Origin: Rubripirellula sp.
GTDB lineage: Bacteria; Planctomycetota; Planctomycetia; Pirellulales; Pirellulaceae
Reading direction: 5' to 3'
Assembly: GCA_965216875.1 (NCBI GenBank)
Contig: OZ244207.1
Location: 6,048,001-6,112,000, forward strand
Length of the DNA: 64,000 nucleotides
Shown one piece after another: positions 17,835-28,595 of this stretch (within the stretch, counting starts at the first letter, position 1; the number at the start of each line of letters is the position of its first letter). The position numbers and the translations under genes are program-made. The notes below the pieces were generated by a model. The model had not been told where the DNA came from. It made no database searches and was given only the letters and a program-made list of their open reading frames with translations.

Positions 17835-19493
17835 CTATCGGGCGGGCGTTGGTGATGATTCAAGCAGTCGGATGATCAGAGGCAGCAACTGCTTCTTGCG
17901 ACTGACGACTTCATCAAGTTGATAGAGTTTGTCTTCGAGCTGCGGGTAGTTGATCTCTTCCCAACCCTCTGGTTCGCCGCTCATCAAGAGTAAGCTTCCG
18001 TTGCTCGCGATATCGGTCACGAGCAGTGCCGAGAACTCCAAGCGATGCTCATCAGCCAAACCGACCAACGCCTGCTCGAGTTCATCTTTACGTTGCCAGA
18101 ACAGATCGAAACCGATCTCTTCAATTTGCGATAACGAAAACCGACGACCGGTCTCGACAAACTCTTTACAGTCCTCGCGGACAACTTCTTCGGGCGTGCA
18201 AGATCGCAGTGCCGAGCCAACCTGGAAAAACTCGTTGGCGTACTCTTTCAAATCGACGTTGCAGTACTGCTGAAGCCACGCCAACAACTCACAATCGGTG
18301 TTGGTCGTCGTGGGCGAACGCAAGAAGAGCGTGTCGCTGATCATGCCCGAAGCCATGCACAAAGCGATCCCGGCGGTTGGCTCGATCTTGGCACGTTGAA
18401 ACATGCTGGCGACCAACGTGCAAGTGGAACCCACCGGTTCCATGTGCAAGCGAATGGGGTGACTTGAAGTGAGCGATCCACCGAGGCGATGGTGATCCAA
18501 AACCTCGACGATGTTCGCATCTTCGGCGCCTTGGACGGCTTGCGAAAGCTCGTTGTGGTCGACCAACACGATTTCACGTTTCGGCGGGTTCACCAAATCG
18601 CTTTTGCTAAGCACTCCGGTGAGTTTGCCACCATCGACGACGGGAAAGATCGTTTGCGGCGAACGAAACACCTGGCCACGGGCCGCTTCCACCGCCATTT
18701 TGGCTGGCAACGTGATGAAGTTTGGATCGATCACCGAGTCGATCAACTGTGCCGCTTTGATTCGCAGCGTTGTCGTTGCGGTATCAAACGGGCTGTTCAA
18801 GACAGCAACACCGCGGGCTTCGGCAAGCTGCATCAACCCGCTGCTGAGCTGATAGCCACCAGTGACCACCAGAGCGCGGACACCCATCTCGAGAGCTGGC
18901 AATTGAATGGTTGGCCGGTCGCCACTGACGACCAACAATCGATCCGCAGGAAACTCTTTAAGCCGCTCTGTAAAACCACCGGCGCTCATCGCACCCACGG
19001 TCACAATCAGATCTTCGTTGCGATCCGGCTCAATGGCATGCTGGAACGAACCATCAATCACCTCAACGATTTTGTCGAGGTTGCTGCGTACCTGCCGTGA
19101 CCGTGTTGGATCAACACCGCCTTGAAGCATCAGTTCAAGCAGATCCAACAGCGAAACGATGCCGACGATCTTGTCGTCGGCGTCAAGGACGGGGATCGAG
19201 CGGACTTCGTGCTCGTTCATCCGTTCATAGACTTCGTAGAAGACGTCCGAGTCGCGGGCGACAACGGGATTAGGATTGCAAACGTCTTCGATCTCGGGAC
19301 GGATGTCCATGATGATCTTGGGCGGTGCCAAGTTCGCACGTCGTAGCGCAAACTCGGTCCGCGCGTTGGGCGGACCACAGCATGCCGCTTCGGCATCGGG
19401 CCGAGTCGTGCGACGCAAAAAGTCGGCGTACGCCAAAGCGCTACAGATTGCGTCGGTGTCGGGGTTGCGGTGCCCAAAGACGGTGACAGTCAT
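17835..19493 (-). CDS. ppaC: Mn-dependent inorganic pyrophosphatase with CBS/DRTGG insert
   Basis: GHRNPDTDAICS, LVDHNE, LDHH, SDTL..RSPTTT, VSRKKQ. Confidence 0.93.
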   Translation of the reverse strand: MTVTVFGHRNPDTDAICSALAYADFLRRTTRPDAEAACCGPPNARTEFALRRANLAPPKIIMDIRPEIEDVCNPNPVVARDSDVFYEVYERMNEHEVRSIPVLDADDKIVGIVSLLDLLELMLQGGVDPTRSRQVRSNLDKIVEVIDGSFQHAIEPDRNEDLIVTVGAMSAGGFTERLKEFPADRLLVVSGDRPTIQLPALEMGVRALVVTGGYQLSSGLMQLAEARGVAVLNSPFDTATTTLRIKAAQLIDSVIDPNFITLPAKMAVEAARGQVFRSPQTIFPVVDGGKLTGVLSKSDLVNPPKREIVLVDHNELSQAVQGAEDANIVEVLDHHRLGGSLTSSHPIRLHMEPVGSTCTLVASMFQRAKIEPTAGIALCMASGMISDTLFLRSPTTTNTDCELLAWLQQYCNVDLKEYANEFFQVGSALRSCTPEEVVREDCKEFVETGRRFSLSQIEEIGFDLFWQRKDELEQALVGLADEHRLEFSALLVTDIASNGSLLLMSGEPEGWEEINYPQLEDKLYQLDEVVSRKKQLLPLIIRLLESSPTPAR

Positions 19494-19612
19494 GATGTCC
19501 GCTGGAAGTTACTCGGATTGGCGAGAAGAGTTTGTTGAAGGTTAGCAGTTTGCTACAGCTGCGCCATGTCGTCTATTCGTCTGCTACCGGCGGCCACTCC
19601 ACCATTTTCCTG

Positions 19613-20155
19613 TCACTTCATGATCTCGGTGGCGGCTGCGACAATTTGGTCCGGGTCACTCATCCGCCCCTCGCCTGCGGCGCGACAACTAAGCCAACCG
19701 CTCTCGGGGCCCACAAAGTGACACCCGTCTTCGCGCAATTGGTCAAGGTTTCGTTGGACCGAAGGCTTGGCCCACATCACGTCGCTCATCGCAGGTGCGA
19801 GCAAAACGGGGCAGCGCACTTGCAGGTACGTTGTGCTTACCAAGTCGTCGGCAACACCCCCAGCAAACTTGGCCATCAGGTTTGCGGTCGCTGGCGCAAC
19901 AAGCATTAGGTCGGCGTCGTCCGCCAGCTCGATATGGGCGCCCAGTGGCAGATGGTTTTCAAAGACTTGGGTTGCGACCGGTTTGCCCGAGAGCGCGGCA
20001 AAGGTGGGAGGCCCCACGAATTCGATGGCGGCCTTGGTCATCGCAACGCGCACGTCAAAGCCGGCTTGGACAAGGCGGCTGCAAACGATTGCTGATTTGT
20101 AGGCGGCAATACCGCCCCCGACGGCGAGCAGAATCGCCCGCCCTTGCTGGCTCAT
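19613..20155 (-). CDS. coaC: phosphopantothenoylcysteine decarboxylase (stand-alone flavoprotein half of CoaBC)
   Basis: GGGIAAYK, HIEL, VAPATAN, APAM, G.LSC...GEGRM. Confidence 0.88.
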   Translation of the reverse strand: MSQQGRAILLAVGGGIAAYKSAIVCSRLVQAGFDVRVAMTKAAIEFVGPPTFAALSGKPVATQVFENHLPLGAHIELADDADLMLVAPATANLMAKFAGGVADDLVSTTYLQVRCPVLLAPAMSDVMWAKPSVQRNLDQLREDGCHFVGPESGWLSCRAAGEGRMSDPDQIVAAATEIMK

Positions 20156-20424
20156 AGATCCGAAGCGTCCAGTTCCGGTCCTTCCGCAGCGGCGATGGTC
20201 GCATCCAAGTCGGCCACCGCTTGAACTTCGTTGTCCATGTTCAACATGATTTTGTCCTGCATGATTTCCTGCAGAACAATCGACATCTTGTCGTGCGTGT
20301 CAACGTTAACCAGGGCGCGGCTACCTTGATTGAGCTGAACCAAGCGCTTTTGAATCAGCGTGCTTAGCTTAAAGCGGCCACCGACCTTGTTAACGATCTC
20401 TTCTTCTTTTAGCTCTTCGAGCAT
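20152..20424 (-). CDS. rpoZ: RNA polymerase omega subunit
   Basis: KVGGRFKLSTLIQKRLVQL; position between gmk and coaC; ATG at 20424. Confidence 0.9.
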   Translation of the reverse strand: MLEELKEEEIVNKVGGRFKLSTLIQKRLVQLNQGSRALVNVDTHDKMSIVLQEIMQDKIMLNMDNEVQAVADLDATIAAAEGPELDASDL

Positions 20425-21011
20425 GAATGTCTTTCCTCTTGGTCTTCCAAAATCTGGCAGATCTCGGCAACCGCCGTTTCTACCGACCCATTGATGATTT
20501 GATACTGATATCGATGCATGTACCGCATCTCGGCACACGCCGTTTCCAGCCGGCGGGTGATCGACTCCTCCGTCTCAGAGCCTCGGGAGCGGAGCCGACG
20601 TTCCAATTCTTCCATCCCGCCCGGATCGATGAAGAGAGTGATGGGGGTGAACTCTTCATTTTCCAGGACATCCATTGCGCCTTGGACGTCGATCTCCAAA
20701 ATAACCCACCGACCCGCAGCTAGACCAGAGGCAACTTGCTCGCGAAGGGTTCCATACCAATGTCCTTGGCTGAAAACTTCCTTGCATTCAAGGAATTCGC
20801 CCGCGTCTTTGCGCTGTGCAAATTCGTCGTGAGTGAGGAAATGGTAGTGTTTTCCGTCGATTTCGCCGTCGCGGGGCGACCGCGTGGTGGCCGACACACT
20901 CAAACAGAGCGGCAGCTCACAATCTTCGAGCAATTTTCGCACCACCGTCGATTTTCCGGCTCCACTGGGGCCCGAAATGATGATCAGATGGCCTGGTTTG
21001 TCAGTGCTCAT
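20409..21011 (-). CDS. gmk: guanylate kinase
   Basis: SGPSGAGKST, SATTRSPRDGEIDGKHYHF, LEIDVQGA. Confidence 0.96.
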   Translation of the reverse strand: MSTDKPGHLIIISGPSGAGKSTVVRKLLEDCELPLCLSVSATTRSPRDGEIDGKHYHFLTHDEFAQRKDAGEFLECKEVFSQGHWYGTLREQVASGLAAGRWVILEIDVQGAMDVLENEEFTPITLFIDPGGMEELERRLRSRGSETEESITRRLETACAEMRYMHRYQYQIINGSVETAVAEICQILEDQEERHSCSKS

Positions 21012-21092
21012 GCCCTCCCCCTCTCTGGTGGATCCGGCGATTGGATGTCTTGTTTTATTTGTTTGAGCACCAAAATCGAGTGATCGCGAAGA

Positions 21093-22019
21093 TCACTCCA
21101 GATTCTGGACAAGTTCTCGCATCCGTTCAATTGCACATTTGATTTCAACCACTTCGGCCGACACATCCGCATCCGCCGCTTTGCTACCAATCGTATTGGT
21201 CTCGCGAAACATCTCTTGAATAACGAAGTCTAGCTTACGACCGGTTGGCTCTCGCTGGTCGCCCTTGTCACCGCTGCCGGCGAGCACCGAGGCAAACATC
21301 TTGAGGTGACTTTCGAGCCGCGTGATCTCTTCGCTGACGTCGGACCGGTCTGCAAAAATCTGGACTTCGCGGAGCAGGTCGACTGCCTGGACTTCGATTT
21401 TGTGTTCTTCAAGGGCGCGACGAATCTTGGTTTCGAGGCGCGTTCGATAGACGTCAACGCACCGCGGAGCCAAGGTGCTAATCGAAGTCAACCGAGTCCG
21501 AATCTGGTCGCAATCGGCCATCAACGACTCGGCCATATGGGCACCTTCGACAGCGCGCATCTCATTCAGATTGCCGATCGCATCGGTGATCACCTTGCTG
21601 ACGAACTGCCAAACCTGATCGCCATCGCGTCGCTCTTCCCGAGCCCCCGCGATCACACCTGGCAATGTCATCATCGCCGCCAGATCGATGGTCGTGGATG
21701 CTTCACCAACGGCCGACTGAACTTGTTTGAGTTGTCGACAGTAACCTTCAAGCAATTCGTGGTCGATGTTGGGCAAGTTGTCGCCGCTCGGGCGACGCCA
21801 ATGCACCGACAGTTGAACCGTCCCACGATGAATCAACGAACGCGCAAGCGTCTCGATTCGATTCTCGAGGAACGCAAGTGAATCGCTAAGCCTGGCGACG
21901 CACTTGAAGCCACGGTTGTTGACCGTCCGCAATTCGACCGACACGCGGCCGAGTTCACCTTCCCCAGTTGCATGACCCTGGCCGGTCATGCTGCGAACAT
22001 TGCTAAAGTCTTGGCCCAT
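21093..22019 (-). CDS. yicC: YicC/YloC family endoribonuclease
   Basis: SMTGQG, DVSEEITRL, GRKLDFVIQEMFRETNTIGSK, RELVQNLE. Confidence 0.93.
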   Translation of the reverse strand: MGQDFSNVRSMTGQGHATGEGELGRVSVELRTVNNRGFKCVARLSDSLAFLENRIETLARSLIHRGTVQLSVHWRRPSGDNLPNIDHELLEGYCRQLKQVQSAVGEASTTIDLAAMMTLPGVIAGAREERRDGDQVWQFVSKVITDAIGNLNEMRAVEGAHMAESLMADCDQIRTRLTSISTLAPRCVDVYRTRLETKIRRALEEHKIEVQAVDLLREVQIFADRSDVSEEITRLESHLKMFASVLAGSGDKGDQREPTGRKLDFVIQEMFRETNTIGSKAADADVSAEVVEIKCAIERMRELVQNLE

Positions 22020-22025
22020 CGGCGA

Positions 22026-22601
22026 CTACTTGTCGTCCGTTTCTTCAGAGGTGTCCGAATCGGCGGCGGCGTTGTCGGCTGCTGCTTCATCGCCACCTGT
22101 TTCATCACCGCCTTCGGCATCGTCGCTACTGCCTTCGGCGTCATCGCTCGAAGCGTCGGCACTTTCACCGGAGTCAGCGTCGTCATCTGAGCCGCCAAGT
22201 TCGGCCGAAGGGGTGTCACCACCAAGGCTCGTGTCGCCGCCCAGCCCTAATCCGCCTGGCGATAGATCAAGTGCATTGGTGTCTTGAGCTTTTTCATCAC
22301 CAGGGCCTGCGGTCATGTTCGGCTTTTTGGAGATCGGGGCTGCGTGCGTGCCTTCTTTCCACATGGCAAATGCACAAGTGAAACCCCACAACGCTGCCAC
22401 CACGATGGTGATGTAGGTGAACGTGTCGCCTGCTTTGGATCCGAACGCGCTCTGACCACCAGGTCCGCCCAAGGCTCCAGTCAATCCGCCACCTTTGCCG
22501 CGCTGAATCAGGATCAGCATGATCAAGAAGACGGAAAGAAAAAGCATCAACAAGCCAAGCATTGCATTGGCGATCGATCCGAGAAAGAAGAGACTCATCA
22601 T
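22026..22601 (-). CDS. secG: preprotein translocase subunit SecG with long acidic tail
   Basis: LILIQRGKGGGLTGALGG.GGQSAFGSK; two TMs; downstream of tpiA. Confidence 0.9.
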   Translation of the reverse strand: MMSLFFLGSIANAMLGLLMLFLSVFLIMLILIQRGKGGGLTGALGGPGGQSAFGSKAGDTFTYITIVVAALWGFTCAFAMWKEGTHAAPISKKPNMTAGPGDEKAQDTNALDLSPGGLGLGGDTSLGGDTPSAELGGSDDDADSGESADASSDDAEGSSDDAEGGDETGGDEAAADNAAADSDTSEETDDK

Positions 22602-22647
22602 CTTTTCCAGTACGTTTCAGTGCTTTCGTTTAATCGGTTCTATTTGC

Positions 22648-23403
22648 TCAGGAAGCCGCGATGATGCCTGCAAAGTCTTCAGCTTTGAGACTTGCGCCGC
22701 CCACCAAGGCTCCATCGATATTCGGCTGGCCCATCAATTCCTTGGCGTTGCCAGGTTTGACGCTACCGCCGTATTGAATGCGAATCTGGGCTGCGACATC
22801 GTCACCGAACAATTCACCCAGCAATTTGCGGATAAACGCGTGAACTTCTTCGGCTTGCTCGGGGCTTGCAGTCTTGCCCGTTCCGATCGCCCAGACCGGT
22901 TCGTACGCGATCACCAAACCGGCTGCGCGAGCTTCGTCGAGGTCGGCGAGCGAACCGCGAATCTGCGTCTCGACCACCTTTTCCGTGTTGCCCGCTTCGC
23001 GGTCCTCGAGCGTTTCTCCCACGCAAACGATGGGAACGAGGTTCCCGGCGAACGCTGCATGTAGCTTTGCGTTCACATCGGCGTCGGTTTCGCCCATCAA
23101 GGCGCGACGTTCGCTGTGTCCAAGGATGACGTAGCGACATCCGACATCGGTCAACATGCCCGCGTTGACTTCACCGGTGAAGGCTCCGTCGTCAGCGGCG
23201 TAAAGGTTCTGTGCTCCCAGCTCGACTGGGGTCCCGGCAACCGCTTCAGCAACGTCTGATAGGTAGACGCTTGGCGGGCAAAGAGCAATGTCGACACTCG
23301 GTTCATCGCCAGCAGCAGCAACAACGCCGCTGGCCAAATCAACAGCGCCACTGCGGCGCGTGTTCATCTTCCAGTTACCAGCAATCAAAAGTCGGCGAGT
23401 CAA
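22648..23403 (-). CDS. tpiA: triosephosphate isomerase
   Basis: [36 protein letters not shown]. Confidence 0.98.
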   Translation of the reverse strand: MTRRLLIAGNWKMNTRRSGAVDLASGVVAAAGDEPSVDIALCPPSVYLSDVAEAVAGTPVELGAQNLYAADDGAFTGEVNAGMLTDVGCRYVILGHSERRALMGETDADVNAKLHAAFAGNLVPIVCVGETLEDREAGNTEKVVETQIRGSLADLDEARAAGLVIAYEPVWAIGTGKTASPEQAEEVHAFIRKLLGELFGDDVAAQIRIQYGGSVKPGNAKELMGQPNIDGALVGGASLKAEDFAGIIAAS

Positions 23404-24437
23404 GCTTCGGTCTCCGGACGCGGTGAAATGGTTTTTCCAAGGAGTTTGGCCAACCCATTCATTTGGGCGACCAGTTCATCGTATTGATTTGGTAGCAGTG
23501 CTTGCGGCCCGTCGCTCTTGGCTTCCTCGGGGCAATCGTGCACTTCGATATGGACGCCGTCGGCGCCCGCAGCCAAGCCGGCCATGGCACAGGCAGGAAT
23601 ACAGTCGGGTCGACCGGTCGCGTGGGACGGGTCAACGATGATTGGCAAGTGAGTCAGCGTGCGAACGACTGGCACGGCTGCGACATCAAACAGGTTGCGG
23701 GTCGCTGCATCGAAACTCTTGATGCCCCGTTCGCAAAGGATCACGTTCGCATTGCCTTGCGAAAGCACGTACTCGGCACTCATCAACAAGTCTTTGATCG
23801 TTGCACTCATGCCACGCTTAAGCAGCACGGGCCGATTCGACTTGCCAACTTCCGACAGCAACACAAAGTTTTGCATGTTGCGTGCGCCGACTTGCAACAT
23901 ATCGGCATACTGCGAAACGAGGTCGACGCAGCGAGGATCGGTCACTTCCGTGACGACGGGGACATTGAATGTGTCGCCTACCTCGCGAAGGATCTTCAAA
24001 CCCTCTTCGCCAAGTCCTTGGAACGCATAGGGGCTGGTCCGTGGTTTGAACGCTCCACCGCGAAACAGGTTGGCGCCCGATTTGCAAACCGCTTCGCCAA
24101 TGCGAAGCATGCGATCGCGGTCTTCGACGCTGCACGGTCCGGCAATCATGCCGAGGTTGCCGCCACCGATCTTGACGCCGGAAACGTCGACCACGCTCGG
24201 TTCGGGATGAGCATCGAGTGATGCCAACTTATAGGGAGGCAGCACGGGAACGACTTGCGCAACCCCAGGAATCGCTTTGAGCGGCTCCTCTTGTAGCTTT
24301 TCCTCGTCACCGATGATGCCAACGATGGTTCGGTAGGTGCCACGGCTGAGGTGGTGTTGCAGGCCGAGCGCCTCGACACGCTGGAGGACGTGGTCGATCT
24401 GCTCATCCGTGGCTTGGCTCTTCAGGATCAGGATCAC
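23400..24437 (-). CDS. aroF: DAHP synthase, class I-beta with N-terminal regulatory domain
   Basis: [35 protein letters not shown] at 24437. Confidence 0.93.
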   Translation of the reverse strand: MILILKSQATDEQIDHVLQRVEALGLQHHLSRGTYRTIVGIIGDEEKLQEEPLKAIPGVAQVVPVLPPYKLASLDAHPEPSVVDVSGVKIGGGNLGMIAGPCSVEDRDRMLRIGEAVCKSGANLFRGGAFKPRTSPYAFQGLGEEGLKILREVGDTFNVPVVTEVTDPRCVDLVSQYADMLQVGARNMQNFVLLSEVGKSNRPVLLKRGMSATIKDLLMSAEYVLSQGNANVILCERGIKSFDAATRNLFDVAAVPVVRTLTHLPIIVDPSHATGRPDCIPACAMAGLAAGADGVHIEVHDCPEEAKSDGPQALLPNQYDELVAQMNGLAKLLGKTISPRPETEA

Positions 24438-24770
24438 GGTGAGCGCACTTACTGGGGGTTGGGAATGCTTTGTATGAGATGGACGGGGCCAGTGAGATCC
24501 AACAGGCCGGGGCAAGACAGGGGGCACAACCTCGGGAGATTTCCGGGTTCAGCCGCAGAGTCTTCGTTATTGCCAAAATTAGGCAAGTCGGGCAATGTAA
24601 CAGCCGATGGCCAAGATCGTCGAGGCCAATGGACAGCTGTCTGGTACATTGGCGACGAATCGGGATGAAGAATTGCCGTTTGGGTCGTGTTCGGGCCGTT
24701 CCGGACCTGCTGGAACGAGTCTTCGGGGTCAGTCGAGCCTTCGGGGTCAGCACCCGGGCGAATCGCACCA

Positions 24771-26117
24771 GTGGAACTGGGCCAGTCACACCAAACGACG
24801 CGAAAAAGGGAGTCTTCGACGTTGCACATCAACCTGCTGAGCGGTCTCCTCGACGGTGGAGCGGCCAACGCAGCCAAACAGCTTCTGCGTGGCCTCAAAA
24901 AGCAGGGCGTCTCCTGTCGTCTCTATTACCCACCCAAACTGAAGGTCTCATCCAGCCCTCCAGAGGACGCCTATCCGGCGAAATGGCGAAATCGCCGCGG
25001 CTGGGGCGGCGTCGGTGACTATGTCCGTTTTCGGATCCACCGAACCGACTTTAAGAAGAAGGTCCGCGGTCGCCCCAAAGGCAACGAGATCTTCACCTCC
25101 CCCCGCGGTGCCCCACAAACACTTTGGCCACCGTCGAACCACTCGCACGCCGCGGATGACATCCTGCACCTCCATTGGGTGGCAAAATTCATCGACTACC
25201 CAACGTTCTTTGGCTCGCTGCCCCCCGAACTTCCGGTGGTTTGGACGTTGCACGATATGAACCCGTTTACCGGTGGATGCCATTTCGCCGACCACTGCGA
25301 ACGTTTTCGCAACGGCTGTGGCGACTGCCCTCAACTGCCGCAGTCGGCACCAAACGATATCTCCAGTCAGATCTTTGAAACCAAACGAAACGCCCTCTCG
25401 GGTGTGAATCTGCACGTGGTTGCCGCCAGTCGATGGATGCTGGAAAAAGCGAAAAGCAGCCCGATCTTCGGTGCTGCAAAGTCGTTTCAGCGAATCCCTT
25501 ACGGCTTGAGACTGGATGACTACACGCCGATTCCCCAGGCCCAAGCTCGCGCCGAACTCGGACTCGACCCAAACGCATTCATCTTTTCGTTCGGTGCGGT
25601 CGATATCGAAAACCGGCGAAAAGGAATGTGTCTCTTGCTGGATGGACTTCAAAAGGTCGCCGACCTCGAGAATGTCCAGGGTTTGGTGATGGGCGGCGGC
25701 GACCTGCCGAACATCGATACACCTCTACCGAAACTCAAATCGATGGGATTTGTTCGCGAAGTCGAAAAGCGAGTGCAAATCTATTCGGCGTGCGACGTCT
25801 TTGTACTTCCCTCGACCGAGGACAACATGCCGCTGACGGGGCTCGAAGCGCTCGCCAGCGGAACGGCGGTGGTCGGATTCGATGCCGGCGGCGTGCCCGA
25901 TTTCGTCCGACCTGACCAAACGGGACTGCTTGCCGAGTGCTTTGACGCTGCTGGACTAGGCGAACAGATCCGAAGACTTCACGACCATCGAGACGAAGCG
26001 GCACGGATGGGCCGGGTCGCAAGACAAGTGATCGAAGACGAATATGCCGACACACGCGAAGCGACTGACTACACCCATCTCTACCAGCGACTACTCTCAG
26101 AGAGCGGAAACCAATAA
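24771..26117 (+). CDS. GT4 family glycosyltransferase (WcaC-like); start uncertain
   Basis: GGAANAA, LHLHW, VWTLHDM.PFTGGCH, RKG, EDNMPLTGLEA. Confidence 0.88.
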   Translation: MELGQSHQTTRKRESSTLHINLLSGLLDGGAANAAKQLLRGLKKQGVSCRLYYPPKLKVSSSPPEDAYPAKWRNRRGWGGVGDYVRFRIHRTDFKKKVRGRPKGNEIFTSPRGAPQTLWPPSNHSHAADDILHLHWVAKFIDYPTFFGSLPPELPVVWTLHDMNPFTGGCHFADHCERFRNGCGDCPQLPQSAPNDISSQIFETKRNALSGVNLHVVAASRWMLEKAKSSPIFGAAKSFQRIPYGLRLDDYTPIPQAQARAELGLDPNAFIFSFGAVDIENRRKGMCLLLDGLQKVADLENVQGLVMGGGDLPNIDTPLPKLKSMGFVREVEKRVQIYSACDVFVLPSTEDNMPLTGLEALASGTAVVGFDAGGVPDFVRPDQTGLLAECFDAAGLGEQIRRLHDHRDEAARMGRVARQVIEDEYADTREATDYTHLYQRLLSESGNQ

Positions 26118-26184
26118 CGCTCACCCAGCCGCTTGAGAACGAGCTGCCTGAGAAATCCCGTCATCTCTTATCCAGTCAGACACG

Positions 26185-26574
26185 ATGAACCAAAAGCCTC
26201 CCTCCGATCCCTCGGGTCCCAAGGTGCCGCCGCAAGTCGCTCGCCCTGTCGACAAGAGTCAGATCCAACAATTCGTGACGACGATCAAGAATGCCGAGCA
26301 ACAGGTTGGCGAACACATCATTAGCGCGCTTCAGCATCCAGGAACGGTCGCAGTGCTCACGACCGCGGTCGTCGGGCCGGACGGCCAACAGCGAGTGATT
26401 TCCGCGGCACTCGATCCGCAAAAGCTCAAGCTGGTCCAAGAAATCTTGACCGACGCCCAAAACGAACGTGTCGAAGAAGAGCCCTGCGTCGGCTTTCACT
26501 GCCTGGTCACCCCCAAAGAGCCCGCCGAAGCGGAAGAGCCAGACTCGAGCGCAGATCCCCCGAGTGGTTCCTAG
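26185..26574 (+). CDS. hypothetical protein
   Basis: 129-aa ORF filling the gap, typical codon usage. Confidence 0.7.
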   Translation: MNQKPPSDPSGPKVPPQVARPVDKSQIQQFVTTIKNAEQQVGEHIISALQHPGTVAVLTTAVVGPDGQQRVISAALDPQKLKLVQEILTDAQNERVEEEPCVGFHCLVTPKEPAEAEEPDSSADPPSGS

Positions 26575-26782
26575 CTGCAGAGTGCGAAAGCCGGTTCGGC
26601 CCGCAATCTGCTTGCAAAGCGAATCGTCGTCGCGCATCACGCTCGCCAGTTCGAGTAGCTAAAATAACAGTCCCCCGGACTTGTTACGCCTGCCGGCCCA
26701 ACCGTCGACAACACATCGACCAGGTCCATCGGCACGCCACCACACCCACCGATAGTCCCTCACACCCACCTAAAGGATTTCG

Positions 26783-28159
<1,377 letters not shown>

Positions 28160-28183
28160 TCCCACCTTCATGACGCATTTTCG

Positions 28184-28217
28184 AAACGCCGGCTTGGACT
28201 CAAGCCGGCGTTTTTTT
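28184..28217 (+). terminator. rho-independent terminator
   Basis: AAACGCCGGCTTG-GACT-CAAGCCGGCG followed by T7. Confidence 0.88.
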
Positions 28218-28595
28218 GCGCCTGCGTGCGAGCATTCTGCTGGACCCGCCGCCGCAATGGAATGAGTGGCCACCCCCTCAAATTAACCCGCGCAACCTGC
28301 ACATCCAACACAGGCCAACGCAACCGCGATGACGCCTACATGTAGTCACCGCATCTTCATCAACCTGCGGGGCCTTCTCAAGCTAAGAGTTTCCTAAGGC
28401 ATCCTGCAGACCTTCATGGGCAGTGAAGGAAAAACAGGCGTTCAATCGCCGCTGGATCGCCGCACAATTTGGGGCAGCATGCATGCTGAGGCTTGCATAC
28501 ACAGCGATCACACTCCTCTTTCCCACGGCAGCTACCAGTGGGATCGCTCGGAGTCTGTCTGCACCTCACCTCCCAACACTTCCTGGGAGGCGTTC

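Noticed and set aside
28218..28595. c-di-GMP or other named riboswitch
   Set aside because: No consensus of a known class recognised; reported only as a structured leader.
28416..28595. Longest-ORF N-terminal extensions (also 8219, 24527, 35059, 57211, 57438)
   Set aside because: Downstream starts fit the RBS, gene overlaps or domain boundaries better.
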